A DNA stretch of 64,000 bases, taken from contig CATNEN010000008.1 in assembly GCA_950097015.1 (NCBI GenBank), forward strand, positions 1,488,001-1,552,000, written 5' to 3'. The number at the start of each line of letters is the position of its first letter. The first letter of the stretch is position 1. The notes below the pieces were generated by a model, which saw only the letters and a program-made list of their open reading frames with translations, was not told where the DNA came from and made no database searches. Of this stretch, positions 20,765 through 37,140 are shown piece by piece. The translations under genes were made by a program, and so were the position numbers. The DNA is from Macrostomum hystrix. Its lineage: Eukaryota; Animalia; Platyhelminthes.

Positions 20765-23449
20765 CTACGACTGCAACTCCTCTTCTTCACTGTCGTCCTT
20801 CGGCTTCATCCGGCCCGAGTAGCAGACGCTTGCGGCGAACGCCACTAGCAGCACCTGGAGAATTTAATAAATTTTAATAATTAGCTGGGAACAGTCTTGG
20901 GGTTAGAGTTTTTTGGAGGACAGGCTTGTTCGGTGTAGAGTAAGGTGGGTGCAGTCTAGGGGTTTGGTTTTTTTATTTGGGACAGGCTTGTTCGGTGTGG
21001 AGTGAGGTGGGTGGATTCTAGGGGTTAGGGTTTTTTAATTTGGGGACAGGCTGGTTTGGTGTGGAGTGAGATAAGTGCGGTTTGGGTTTTTTATTTTGGA
21101 ACAGGCTTGTTCGGTGTGGAGTGAGGTGGGTGGATTCTAGGGGTTAGGGTTTTTTAATTTGGGGACAGGCTGGTTTGGTGTGGAGTGAGATAAGTGCGGT
21201 TTGGGTTTTTTATTTTGGAACAGGCTTGTTCGGTGTGGAGTGAGGTGGGTGGATTCTAGGGGTTAGGGTTTTTTAATTTGGGGACAGGCTGGTTTGGTGT
21301 GGAGTGAGATAAGTGCGGTTTGGGTTTTTTATTTTGGAACAGGCTTGTTCGGTGTGGAGTGAGGTGGGTGGATTCTAGGGGTTAGGGTTTTTTAATTTGG
21401 GGACAGGCTGGTTTGGTGTGGAGTGAGATAATTGCGGTTTGGGTTTTTTATTTTGGAACAGGCTTGTTCGGTGTGGAGTGAGGTGGGTGGATTCTAGGGG
21501 TTAGGGTTTTTTAATTTGGGGACAGGCTGGTTTGGTGTGGAGTGAGATAAGTGCGGTTTGGGTTTTTTATTTTGGAACAGGCTTGTTCGGTGTGGAGTGA
21601 GGTGGGTGGATTCTAGGGGTTAGGGTTTTTTTATTTGGGGACAGGCTGATTTGGTGTGGAGTCAAATGGGTGCATTCTAGGGGTTAGGATTTTTTATTTG
21701 AGGACAGGCTTCTTAGATGTTGTTTCTTTATGGACTGGCTTATTAGATCTAGCTCTGAGCTATAAAGCAGTTGTGGGGCATTTTGCTCACCTCAAGCAGA
21801 ATCAGGGCTCCAGTGGACAGTGCAGCGTAGACAATGTTAGAATCCACAACATTCTGAATCTCGCTCCAACAGCCGTGATCATAGTTGGTGTAGGCAAGGT
21901 CGGTGTGGTTAGTCATCAGGCAGGCGGTGTAGTTGGTTGGCTTGCAGCATGTCAACGGTCTAGCCACAGCTATCGAATGAAATTAGACAAATCCAAATTT
22001 AATTTTTATTATCTCGATGGATGTTTTTATTAAACTACAAAATTTTTTACACAATAAGGATTCGAACTACGTAACTAGAAAATATTTTTTATGAGCCGGC
22101 AATAAAACAACAGAAAAACGCTAGTCATGCTACTTGGCTTCGTAAGTAGTTTATTTGAGTGTGAAAAAGTAAAATCACTTACGCGAATAGAATTTTCCGC
22201 CATAGTAAACTGTCCTAGGCCATTTCTGCGCCGTGTCGAAGTCGCGTCCGTTGTTAATGCCGCAGCAGGACAGGCTGAGGTGGAACACATTCCACAGGAT
22301 CGTCTCCATGTTGGTGGCGTTGTAGCCCGAGTACTTCTCGTTGATTGCTCGCTGCATCACTCTCTTCGCTTCATTGGTAATCTAATAATTAAAGCACAAA
22401 GTTTGGTGCTTTCCTCTGCCGTTAGAACGATATTAAACTGAATCTCGCTGCAGTGTGGCGATTTTACTCACAGGCATTCGCAGGGCGTAGTACAGAACAA
22501 TCAGCGCCATCTGCAGGATGATCATCGCCGATAGGCAGACGAAAAACTGAAAAGGGAAATTATAATTATTGTTATTAGAGAAGACAGACAGACAGAGAGA
22601 GGGGGCCAGGCCTGTGGCCAAAGCTCACCAGAGTCAGTACTGGCCTCCGTCGTCCGCCGCACAGCGACGCTACACCGAAGACGCCGATGATGGCTTGAAC
22701 GGCTCCGACTGCGATGAATGCTATGGCGATGTTGCCTGCGATTAGGGATAAAATACCGATTGGGAGCTGAGAGAGACTGAGAGATTGGGAGCAAAAATTT
22801 TCCTCTTTATTCAATGAAATAACTTCCAGATTACGTACATCGGCATCGTCAAGATATTCAACGAGGTGTCTTGTGGGGTGTCTTGTGGAAAAAACCACCA
22901 ACATAAGCTAATTAAAAAAAAACATCTCGGCTATTATTTTGTATTGATTGAATTGTTATTTATTCTAGTATTGAAACAATATGGATTCGCCAAAGAGGTT
23001 AATAAAGAGCAATGTTAGTTGTCCGTGTCGATGCTGAAGTCGGATGGCATTTGAAAGTTAGTTCATCGTTTACCGAATCAGTCATTACCCTGCCTGGTCT
23101 TTCTACTGTCAATGGCTGCGGCTGTGAAATAGGCAGGAAATCTCACCAGTGAGGCCAGGCAGCTTGTCAATGTAGGCGTAGATGTCAAACTGAGCCTCAG
23201 CTGGCACTAGAAGCAAGTTGAGCTGGCTGGAGTACGGCTGCAGGTAGCGAATCAGGGAACTTGCTGGAGCGACTTGCAGCACAAAGCCGAGAACGAAGAA
23301 TATGAGACCGACCGTCTGGAGACGAATGGAAGTTAGAATCTGATTAAAGAAAAGAAAAGAAAATATTAATTGCATCCAATTAATGAACCTACCATGTAGA
23401 TAATGGCTAATGCGCCACCAATCACTCGCGTTGGGTTTCTTCCGCACAT
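20765..23449 (-). CDS. Tetraspanin (291 aa)
   Basis: Exons 23449-23393, 23315-23147, 22735-22629, 22546-22472, 22381-22183, 21969-21791, 20854-20765; 876 nt, phases consistent. Four TM segments; large loop with LSCCG, PLTCC and GC cysteine pattern. Confidence 0.92.
20920..21700. repeat. 119-bp satellite made of two related ~60-bp halves
   Basis: ACAGGCTTGT recurs at 21101, 21220 and 21339. Confidence 0.93.
22815..22960. repeat. Short interspersed repeat, copy B (tetraspanin intron 2)
   Basis: AACTTCCAGA..CATCGGCATCGTCAAGATATTCAACGA..GGGGTGTCTTGTGG matches 14760-14840. Confidence 0.6.
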
Positions 23450-24261
23450 TTATTTCTTATAATATCTCAAAAAGTTAAGACGATTCTAAATTGACTTTCT
23501 TCTTCTACGGTAGCAAAGCAGACTGAGAGAATTAGACGAACCTGTTCTTGTTTTGCTTTGCTAGCTCAATGGCCGACGACAATTTTTATATTAGTTGTCA
23601 GTTGTCGACTATCTGTATCACTCGGGTCCATTGTAGCGTGTGCGGGTTGGGGTGGGTGTCTGACAGCCAACCAGCTCTCGCCGTCTCTGTCTCTCAGTCT
23701 AACAAATAACGCGATATGAAAACAAAAAGCAACTTAATGTATTTAGTTTTCCAGGTGTGCAATTAGCTGGTACTCTCGGTGTACAAAATGCCATTTGATA
23801 CCAAATAATTTTCTTGATATTTGCTTTAAAATCAAACCTATTTAAACCATATGGCACGATAAAACAATGGCTCATTTCTTACGAACCCACGTTGGAAGCG
23901 AAATATAAGAAACTATATTTATTAGTTATAAAGCAGCATTCATTACTATATGACACAATAAAGCTGCTATTTCAATGATAAATGAATGACTAAGGAGACA
24001 TTGTAGAGGAAGAAAGGACTGTGCAGTGCTGTTGTGTGAGTCAGGTGCACACAATATCACAGCTATCTTGACCAAAACCGTTCCTATTCTCCAGAAGATA
24101 TTCTAGAGAGCCTTCTCTCTTTCTTTGCTTCTAAATTGAAAACCAGCCTGATGTAAGCAGCTGCGTGCGATCTGACATTTCATCTACCCCGGAAGACTGC
24201 TAGTATAATCATTTGTTATTGCTTGGCCAGGCAAGACTGAGTGAGCTGCTTTCTCTGTCTC

Positions 24262-24306
<45 letters not shown>

Positions 24307-24308
24307 TA

Positions 24309-24371
<63 letters not shown>

Positions 24372-24373
24372 TA

Positions 24374-24404
<31 letters not shown>

Positions 24405-24431
24405 TATATCTATCTATCTATCTATCTATCT
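24262..24431. repeat. (TCTA)n microsatellite
   Basis: Direct reading. Confidence 0.97.
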
Positions 24432-25265
24432 CCAAAAAACAGCCATTCAGTATATCATACGACAATGGTAATGCATTAAAAAATGCTCAAATGAACGCCT
24501 TGAAACTCTGCATCTGTTTCTATGAATAGGTCTCCCATTTGGTCTATTCTAAGTCTCTATCTTTGTCACTTAATGCCACCAAACAGCACGCGACTTGGTC
24601 GTGAGCTTATTAAAAAAGTTTTTTTTACAAAATACGTCAAACAATGAAGATGTAAGTCCTTCGACACACTTTTGAACGCGCCCACAGAATGGTCTCAAGA
24701 CACCCGTAGCTACTCGTAGTAGCTACCTGAAACCTTGAAGATACTGTTTGAAGGATCACATTATTCCAGGATGACAACATTTAAATGACCGAGGATACTA
24801 AAAATGAAATTAAAAAGGCCAAATTTAAATTGAATTAAGCTGCTGTTATTGCACGTAATAGTTGCTAATCTCTAATTAATATCATGTTAACGATTTTAAA
24901 AAAAAACACGCGACATCTAGCAATATATGACAATTGCATGATAATGTAGAACAACAACATTCAATAACGTGTGTAAACATGCCTTACACAAAACTTAGCA
25001 TGCGCACACACACTACTATTAGTAGATAAAAATTGTGTAGTCAGTAGTAAATAATCTAAAAAATGATTTCAAGGGTAATTGGAGTAAAAAGATATAAATA
25101 AACTCATAACGGTATAACTGTCAAAAGCACTGACATACTAACAGCTTTACCATGATCGTAGTCATTGATTCGTTCAAAATGATCACAATGGAAATTTCCT
25201 TACAATAGTTTATCATCTGTTACACTTCACCAACAAAAGCAGCATGAACTAAAAAAATAATATTA

Positions 25266-28718
<3,453 letters not shown>

Positions 28719-29288
28719 TTTGTCAGATATTCTCAAATCAAATATTAGATTGAGCGCTGTCGGCTTTTAAAATCATTATTTCGCATGGGAGTGCGGGAGC
28801 AGCCCTCACCTTATTGGTTGATTTGGAGCAGTGTGCTCACAGTCCTCCCCCCAGTCCAATCCAACCAATTAAATTTCCCTCAGCAGGATAAGAAAATCAG
28901 GCCTAGATGGGAGAAAAGGTGTATGACCAGTTGAAGAGGAGCAGTTATTTCTTCTGCTAGTTCTCATCTTTCCGCTTCAGTCGCCCCTCTCGGCCCCCCA
29001 ATCTCTCCGCATCTCGAGACCCTAACAACTGGAGTTGGAGGCTGCTGCTGGCAGCTGTCGCATTCCCAAACTCTCAGCGGTGTTTAACAGCGAGGCGGGC
29101 AGGTGGGGTTGGTTGTCTGGTTACGAATGGGGGTGGGCTACCGGGCCCCCCCCCAACCGCCAAGTTTATCTATCAATTAGAAGTCTGGCATGGTTTTCAT
29201 TATGGGATCTGTGTTTATGTCTCTCTTACGTGGGCGATGAAGTGCCTTGAAGCATTTCTATATTTCATCTTGAGCATGCCTGCTCATC

Positions 29289-29323
<35 letters not shown>

Positions 29324-29593
29324 CAAGCACTCTATAACCGGCCCCTTTTTCGCTAGCTCCACCTTCTCTAATCAAATAATAATCAAAATCTTGAGCACAA
29401 GTGTGGCTCGCGCATTGAATTTGAGATGGACAAATTTATTCCGGGAACGAGTTGTTGAAAATACTCGTTTGGGATCAATTTACCTCGGGGGGATCGCGAC
29501 AAACTCCGGTCCGCGGGTCAGTTATGGCTCCAAAACATGGCCGCTTTCCACTTCAAAAAATCTTCTTTCCTCTAATCTCAAATCCTATCTATC

Positions 29594-31912
29594 TTCTGTC
29601 TCATCTCTCACCTGTCTCATCTCTCACCTGTCTCATTTCTCACGTGTCTCATCTCTCACGTGTCTCATCTCTCACGTGTCTCATCTCTCACCTGTCTTAT
29701 CTCTCACCTGTCTCATTTCTCACGTGTCTCAACTCTCACCTGTCTCATCTCTCACCTGTCTCATCTCTCACGTGTCTCATCTCTCCCCTGTCTCATCTCT
29801 CACGTGTCTCATCTCTCACCTGTCTCATCTCTCACCTGTCTCATCTCTCACCTGTCTCATCTCTCACCTGTCTTATCTCTCACCTGTCTTATCTCTCACG
29901 TGTCTCATCTCTCACCTGTCTCATCTCTCACCTGTCTCATCTCTCACGTGTCTCATCTCTCACCTGTCTCATCTCTCACGTGTCTCATCTCTCACCTGTC
30001 TCATCTCTCACCTGTCTCATCTCTCACGTGTCTCATCTCTCCCCTGTCTCATCTCTCACCTGTCTCATCTCTCACGTGTCTCATCTCTCACCTGTCTCAT
30101 CTCTCACCTGTCTCATCTCTCACCTGTCTCATCTCTCACGTGTCTCATCTCTCACCTGTCTTATCTCTCACCTGTCTCATTTCTCACGTGTCTCATCTCT
30201 CACCTGTCTCATCTCTCACGTGTCTCATCTCTCACCTGTCTCATCTCTCACCTGTCTCATCTCTCACCTGTCTCATCTCTCACCTGTCTTATCTCTCACC
30301 TGTCTTATCTCTCACGTGTCTCATCTCTCACCTGTCTCATCTCTCACCTGTCTCATCTCTCACGTGTCTCATCTCTCACCTGTCTCATCTCTCACGTGTC
30401 TCATCTCTCACCTGTCTCATCTCTCACCTGTCTCATCTCTCACGTGTCTCATCTCTCCCCTGTCTCATCTCTCACCTGTCTCATCTCTCACGTGTCTCAT
30501 CTCTCACCTGTCTCATCTCTCACCTGTCTCATCTCTCACCTGTCTCATCTCTCACGTGTCTCATCTCTCACCTGTCTTATCTCTCACCTGTCTCATTTCT
30601 CACGTGTCTCATCTCTCACCTGTCTCATCTCTCACGTGTCTCATCTCTCACCTGTCTCATCTCTCACCTGTCTCATCTCTCACCTGTCTCATCTCTCACC
30701 TGTCTTATCTCTCACCTGTCTTATCTCTCACGTGTCTCATCTCTCACCTGTCTCATCTCTCACCTGTCTCATCTCTCACGTGTCTCATCTCTCACCTGTC
30801 TCATCTCTCACGTGTCTCATCTCTCACCTGTCTCATCTCTCACCTGTCTCATCTCTCACGTGTCTCATCTCTCCCCTGTCTCATCTCTCACCTGTCTCAT
30901 CTCTCACGTGTCTCATCTCTCACCTGTCTCATCTCTCACGTGTCTCATCTCTCACCTGTCTCATCTCTCACCTGTCTCATCTCTCACCTGTCTCATCTCT
31001 CACCTGTCTTATCTCTCACCTGTCTTATCTCTCACGTGTCTCATCTCTCACCTGTCTCATCTCTCACCTGTCTCATCTCTCACGTGTCTCATCTCTCACC
31101 TGTCTCATCTCTCACGTGTCTCATCTCTCACCTGTCTCATCTCTCACCTGTCTCATCTCTCACGTGTCTCATCTCTCCCCTGTCTCATCTCTCACCTGTC
31201 TCATCTCTCACGTGTCTCATCTCTCACCTGTCTCATCTCTCACCTGTCTCATCTCTCACCTGTCTCATCTCTCACGTGTCTCATCTCTCACCTGTCTTAT
31301 CTCTCACCTGTCTCATTTCTCACGTGTCTCATCTCTCACCTGTCTCATCTCTCACGTGTCTCATCTCTCACTTGTCTCATCTCTCGCCTGTCTCATCTCT
31401 CACGTGTCTCATCTCTCACCTGTCTTATCTCTCACCTGTCTCATTTCCCACGTGTCTCATCTCTCACCTGTCTCATCTCTCACCTGTCTCATCTCTCACG
31501 TGTCTCATCTCTCCCCTGTCTCATCTCTCACGTGTCTCATCTCTCACCTGTCTCATCTCTCACCTGTCTCATCTCTCACCTGTCTCATCTCTCACCTGTC
31601 TTATCTCTCACCTGTCTTATCTCTCACGTGTCTCATCTCTCACCTGTCTCATCTCTCACCTGTCTCATCTCTCACGTGTCTCATCTCTCACCTGTCTCAT
31701 CTCTCACGTGTCTCATCTCTCACCTGTCTCATCTCTCACCTGTCTCATCTCTCACGTGTCTCATCTCTCCCCTGTCTCATCTCTCACGTGTCTCATCTCT
31801 CACGTGTCTCATCTCTCACCTGTCTCATCTCTCACCTGTATCATCTCTCACGTGTCTCATTTCTCACGTGTCTCAACTCTCACCTGTCTCATCTCTCACC
31901 TGTCTCATCTCT
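29594..31912. repeat. Minisatellite, 16-bp unit TGTCTCATCTCTCAC(C/G) with 416-bp higher-order period
   Basis: About 145 units; paired TGTCTTATCT variants near 29871, 30287 and 30703. Confidence 0.98.
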
Positions 31913-32761
31913 TCCCAAAGATTTTAGGGAGAAATAACGATATTAAGATCTTTGCCGAGACAGAGCGAAAGTTTTTGACAATCTTGAGAAGAATTTTGAG
32001 TTCTCGGCAAAGCAAATTTAAATCGATGAGCACTGATCGCAGGCCTATAAATTGGATAAGATAAGACAGAATAGCTTCAAACAGTTTTATCCGTACTGAT
32101 CAGTCAGATATCTCATTAAGTTGATTGTTCAATTGATTGATTTTTTCGGCCGGTTTGTGAGAAAATCAGAGAAACTTCATTAGCAGAAGAAACTGAGATT
32201 CCCCTGTATTTGAATAATTTGAATGATTTTCAATAAAGCATGGCCGAGATGGGGTCTCCCATGTGATGTTTATCCGACAATCGAAATTTTTAATTATCTC
32301 CTGGTCCTGTTCAGCAGTTTTTCTTTATAATAATTTGCTTCTTATTTCACCTCGATTACAGCGTTGGGGCGACTGAAAAAGCAGAAATTGATGGGATAAA
32401 TTTAGGAAAAATATCAGACCAGTAGAATTAGCCCAGCTGAATACATATTCACAGGGACAATGCTTTAAACTCGCGGCTTACTCAATGCGCTGATAAGGAT
32501 ACCCAGAAAAGAATTGGTGAATAAATATAACTAAAATCCACACCTCGAATAAGAGAAAAGAGCTTAACCCGAAGCGGCTGCACTAAACAATCACTTTCAA
32601 CAAGTTAAATCACTTAGCTGAGTAGCATGTGCACAGCTGCTTTGGGATGAATATGGCAGGACAACTCATCTGGGGCGATTAATGCGACTGTTCGAGACGA
32701 AAAATTGCAACTAAAACGTAGAACGAAAATGGCAAAATCTTGCTGCTTTTATGTTGATCCC

Positions 32762-33411
32762 AAGGACAGGGAAGGGACGATCTTAAAGACAGGGAAGGGG
32801 CGATCCTAAAGACAGGGAAGGGACGATCTTAAAGACAGGGAAGGGGCGATATTAAGGACTGGGAAGGGGCGATCCTAAAGACTTTAACTTTGACTTAGCT
32901 GCAGGGTGGTCCATGGACGCAGCGGGGAGGCGAGGATCGCCCATACCGCTAACCCCTGTAGATCCTAAAGACAGGGAAGGGACGATCTTAAAGACTGGGA
33001 AGGGACGATCTTAAAGACTGGTAGGGACGATCTTAAAGACTGGGAAGGGGCGATCCTAAAGACAGGGAAGGGGCGATCCTAAAGACAGAGAAGGGGCGAT
33101 CCTAAAGACAGGGAAGGGGCGATCCTAAAGACTGGGAAGGGGCGATCCTAAAGACAGGGAAGGGGCGATCCTAAAGACAGGGAAGGGGCGATCCTAAAGA
33201 CAGGGAAGGGGCGATCCTAAAGACTGGGAAGGGGCGATCCTAAAGACAGGGAAGGGGCGATCCTAAAGACAGGGAAGGGGCGATCCTAAAGACAGGGAAG
33301 GGGCGATCCTAAAGACAGGGAAGGGGCGATCCTAAAGACAGGGAAGGGGCGATCCTAAAGACAGGGAAGGGGCGATCCTAAAGACAGGGAAGGGGCGATC
33401 CTAAAGACAGG
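32762..33411. repeat. Minisatellite, 23-bp unit AAAGACAGGGAAGGGGCGATCCT
   Basis: Tandem copies with one unique-sequence interruption near 32880-32960. Confidence 0.95.
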
Positions 33412-34007
33412 GCAGTTGTATACATATTGTGTGAGCATATGTGAGCATATGCTCCAGGTTCAACGGAATAGGGCAGAATTGCCTCTTCGTTCGCTAGCAA
33501 AACGTCAGTGTCCACAGACTCCGAAAGACAATAATAAACAGATGCTCTCACACACACAGAGACACTCACTCACCCACTCTCTCCGCCCACACCGTTTGAA
33601 AACACGAAACCAGCAACTTAAAAAAGCAAGAAGCTTGCCTTCTTTCCCTGCCTCCTCTTTTTTCACGCTTTTAAACGCCCACTTAATAATGATGCCATGG
33701 CTGAAATCGATTCGCCAATAGTTTTCGTGTTTCTCCAATCGGCCAACTCGGCAATGCTTTTCCTAACCCGTGTCTCTTCCCAAAGTAGGAAAATCTTTTA
33801 AAATAAGCGTTTTCTTTCCACCCAACCCATTTTGCTGTTCCCACGAAACAATCCATCATCTCGCTTCAGTTCGCGCTAGGCTAGACTCGTTTGGGCACAC
33901 CACTTCTCAGTCAGTTAGTAGGCAGCCGTGAGACGTCTGCTAACTCGTTTGCCTGAAATTTTTTAAGTGCTTTAAACAAAACTGCCATATTTATTGATTG
34001 TACGCGA

Positions 34008-34682
34008 ATAGACTAGCAATCCCTTTTTATTCAGTGGAATAGACTAGCAATCCATTTTTATTGAGTGGAATAGACTAGCAATCCATTTTTATTGAGTGGA
34101 ATAGACTAGCAATCCCTTCTTATTGGATGTAATAGACTAGCAATCCGTTTCTATTGAGTGGAATAGACTAGCAATCCATTTCTATTGAGTGGAATAGACT
34201 AGCAATCCATTTCTATTGAGTGGAATAGACTAGCAATCCCTTCTTATTGGATGTAATAGACTAGCAATCCGTTTCTATTGAGTGGAATAGACTAGCAATC
34301 CCTTCTTATTGGATGTAATAGACTAGCAATCCGTTTCTATTGAGTGGAATAGACTAGCAATCCATTTCTATTGAGTGGAATAGACTAGCAATCCATTTTT
34401 ATTGAGTGGAATAGACTAGCAATCCATTTCTATTGAGTGGAATAGACTAGCAATCCATTTTTATTGAGTGGAATAGACTAGCAATCCCTTCTTATTGGAT
34501 GTAATAGACTAGCAATCCGTTTCTATTGAGTGGAATAGACTAGCAATCCATTTTTATTGAGTGGAATAGACTAGCAATCCATTTCTATTGAGTGGAATAG
34601 ACTAGCAATCCATTTTTATTGAGTGGAATAGACTAGCAATCCATTTTTATTGAGTGGAATAGACTAGCAATCCATTTTTATT
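34008..34682. repeat. Minisatellite, 31/32-bp unit GAATAGACTAGCAATCCATTTTTATTGAGTG
   Basis: Tandem copies. Confidence 0.97.
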
Positions 34683-34989
34683 GAAAGGTTGAAATTTTCA
34701 CTGGCGAGATGTGAGCTAAAATGTAACTTTTCACTGGAAAGCCTTCCAGTACGACCCTTATGTGAGAAATATTTTGGGATGAAAATAAATATATTATTTA
34801 CAGTCGAGGTTATTAATAAAGCATGCGCAAACTGATTTAAAGAACCAATCACATGTACAATTTACTCAAAAGGACTAAAAAATGACTTTTGCAAAAACGG
34901 TGGTTATAAATGGACATGCATAACTGCCAAATTGTCATTCAGTGGGACCACAGTCTCCCAAATTTGATCACCAAATCCCCATTAAGTCA

Positions 34990-35710
34990 CCCAAAATCCC
35001 AAATCCCCTGTTGGTCATCCACAATCTCCCAAATCCCCAGTTGATCATCCACAATCTCCCAAATCCCTAGTTGGTCATCCACAGTCTTCCAAATCCCCAG
35101 TTGATCATCCACAATCTCCCAAATCCCTTGTTGTTCATCCACAATCTCCCAAATCCCTTGTTGTTCATCCACAATCTCCCAAATCCCTTCTTGTTCATCC
35201 ACAATCTCCCAAATCCCTTCTTGTTCATCCACAATCTCCCAAATCCCCAGTTGATCATCCACAATCTCCCAAATCCCTTGTTGTTCATCCACAATCTCCC
35301 AAATCCCTTGTTGTTCATCCACAATCTCCCAAATCCCTTCTTGTTCATCCACAATCTCCCAAATCCCTTCTTGTTCATCCACAATCTCCCAAATCCCTTG
35401 TTGGTCATCCACAATCTTCCAAATCCCTTGTTGGTCATCCACAATCTTCCAAATCCCTTGTTGGTCATCCACAATCTTCCAAATCCCCAGTTGATCATCC
35501 ACATTCTCCCAAATCTCTAGCTGGTCATCCACAATCTCCCAAATCCCTAGCTGGTCATCCACAATCTTCCAAATCCCTAGCTGGTCATCCACAATCTTCC
35601 AAATCTTTAGCTGGTCATCCACAATCTCCCAAATCCCTTGTTGGTCATCCACAATCTCCCAAATCCCTTGTTGGTCATCCACAATCTCCCAAATCCCCTG
35701 TCGGTCATCA
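34990..35710. repeat. Minisatellite, 30-bp unit TTGGTCATCCACAATCTCCCAAATCCCTTG
   Basis: Abuts the GRASP-like stop codon. Confidence 0.97.
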
Positions 35711-35716
35711 AATTGG

Positions 35717-36494
35717 TTAATAGTTGTTTGCGCGAGAGATTTTTCTTTCGATGCCAGTTGCTGCAGACTCTTCAGTCCCCGCCTTTGCCGCCTCCGCCGC
35801 CTTCGCTGCCTCCGCCGTCAGCTGCTGCTCCCGATCGACGATCTGCTTCAACGCCGCCTGCTTCTCTCTGATGAGCCGTTTGAGTCTGAGAGCTCGCCTG
35901 GCCAGCTCCACGCGCTCAGCCACGTTGTCGAAGCGAACCCGAAGCACCATCCGCTGATGACAGCTGCGCAGCCGGTCGACCAGTAGGCGGTGCTCGACGC
36001 CTTCCACGGAGAAGGTGTTCACCGATAGGATCACGTGACCGGGCCGAAGACCCGCCTGAAAGATTGAAAATTTTATTACAATTTATTTACCCAATCGGGT
36101 CAGATTTGCAGCCGACAGCACAACCGCAGCTATTGCGCGGCGCATCTGAAGGCTGCGTACAGCTGTTCAGTCCATGGACTGGGGAAATGCAGATGCAGAG
36201 TTCCATTCTCCAGTGGATTCAAGAGTGAGTGCGCGCGCGCTACCAAGGCGACTAAAGTGCCCTCACCTGCCAGGCTGGACTGCCATCCTCAACATAGTCC
36301 ACATACGATAGGCTCTCGCATCTGCCCCTGACTGTGAGGATCAGGAAGCTGCGCACGGCGAACCCGTAGGATCGCTGACCACCGGCGGCTCGTTCCAGCA
36401 CCAGATCCTGCGGGTTCTTCCCGGCGCCACTATTCTGATCCGAACTGCTCGAAGTCAGCGATGTTGCATCCGAGGCTGGTTGCAAATTTGACAT
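35717..36494 (-). CDS. GRASP: GRASP/tamalin/CYTIP-like PDZ plus coiled-coil scaffold protein (188 aa; extra upstream exons possible)
   Basis: Exons 36494-36267 and 36055-35717. PDZ: LVLERAAGGQRSYGFAV..VEDGSPAWQAGLRPGHVILSVN..VEGVEHR. It is followed directly by the cytohesin-binding-type coiled coil ELARRALRLKRLIREKQAALKQIVDREQQL. Confidence 0.8.
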
Positions 36495-37140
36495 TATTGG
36501 ACAGCTGTGAACTGTTCTTCCTCTGTTTAAAGTTTAACAGTAGAGCTTTTCGCTTCCTATTTCAACTGGGTGGCTATGCCTACGGGTGCGGCTGTTATAG
36601 GTAGTACAGGGAGAGAAGACACACAGAGAGAGAGAGAGAGGGTCGGAATGCATGCCGCATTTATTACTGCTGATAATCTATTAGCATTCTAGCTGTCTGC
36701 TAACGGACAGCCACTGCCTGTACTCAGATACCTCCAGACCTGAGCTTTGCTCCGGTGTTCTGCGCGCACAGACTGTAGCTAAATGTAACGCCATATAAGT
36801 CACCGTAGAAGACTTTGTGGCCTATTTTTTAACACCCCATATGGCTCTAGAAAAGCCTTCAATGTTTAGCTATTTTCAAGCATTAAAAAAATCACATACA
36901 TTTTAAGCAGCTGCTGTTGTAGCTTTGTGTGTGCCGTATTTTCCCAGCTTTCAAATGTGTTTCGCTACATTTATAATCCTGTGCTGGGTGGAATGAGCCT
37001 GATTTTTAGACCATTTTCTTGTTCGAAATCATTTTTATGACAGATTACGGGCACTGCATTATGAGACTTTTTTGATTTGATTAAATCAAATATTGACGAA
37101 ATGAAACACTAAACATTGATCCTTTCAACGTTGTCAATTT

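Noticed and set aside
29391-32064. 750-870 aa ORFs in all three plus frames
   Set aside because: The 16-bp unit simply lacks stop codons on this strand.
36166-36179. 14-bp perfect palindrome CAGTCCATGGACTG, with a partial copy near 27152
   Set aside because: Too short to distinguish from chance in 64 kb.
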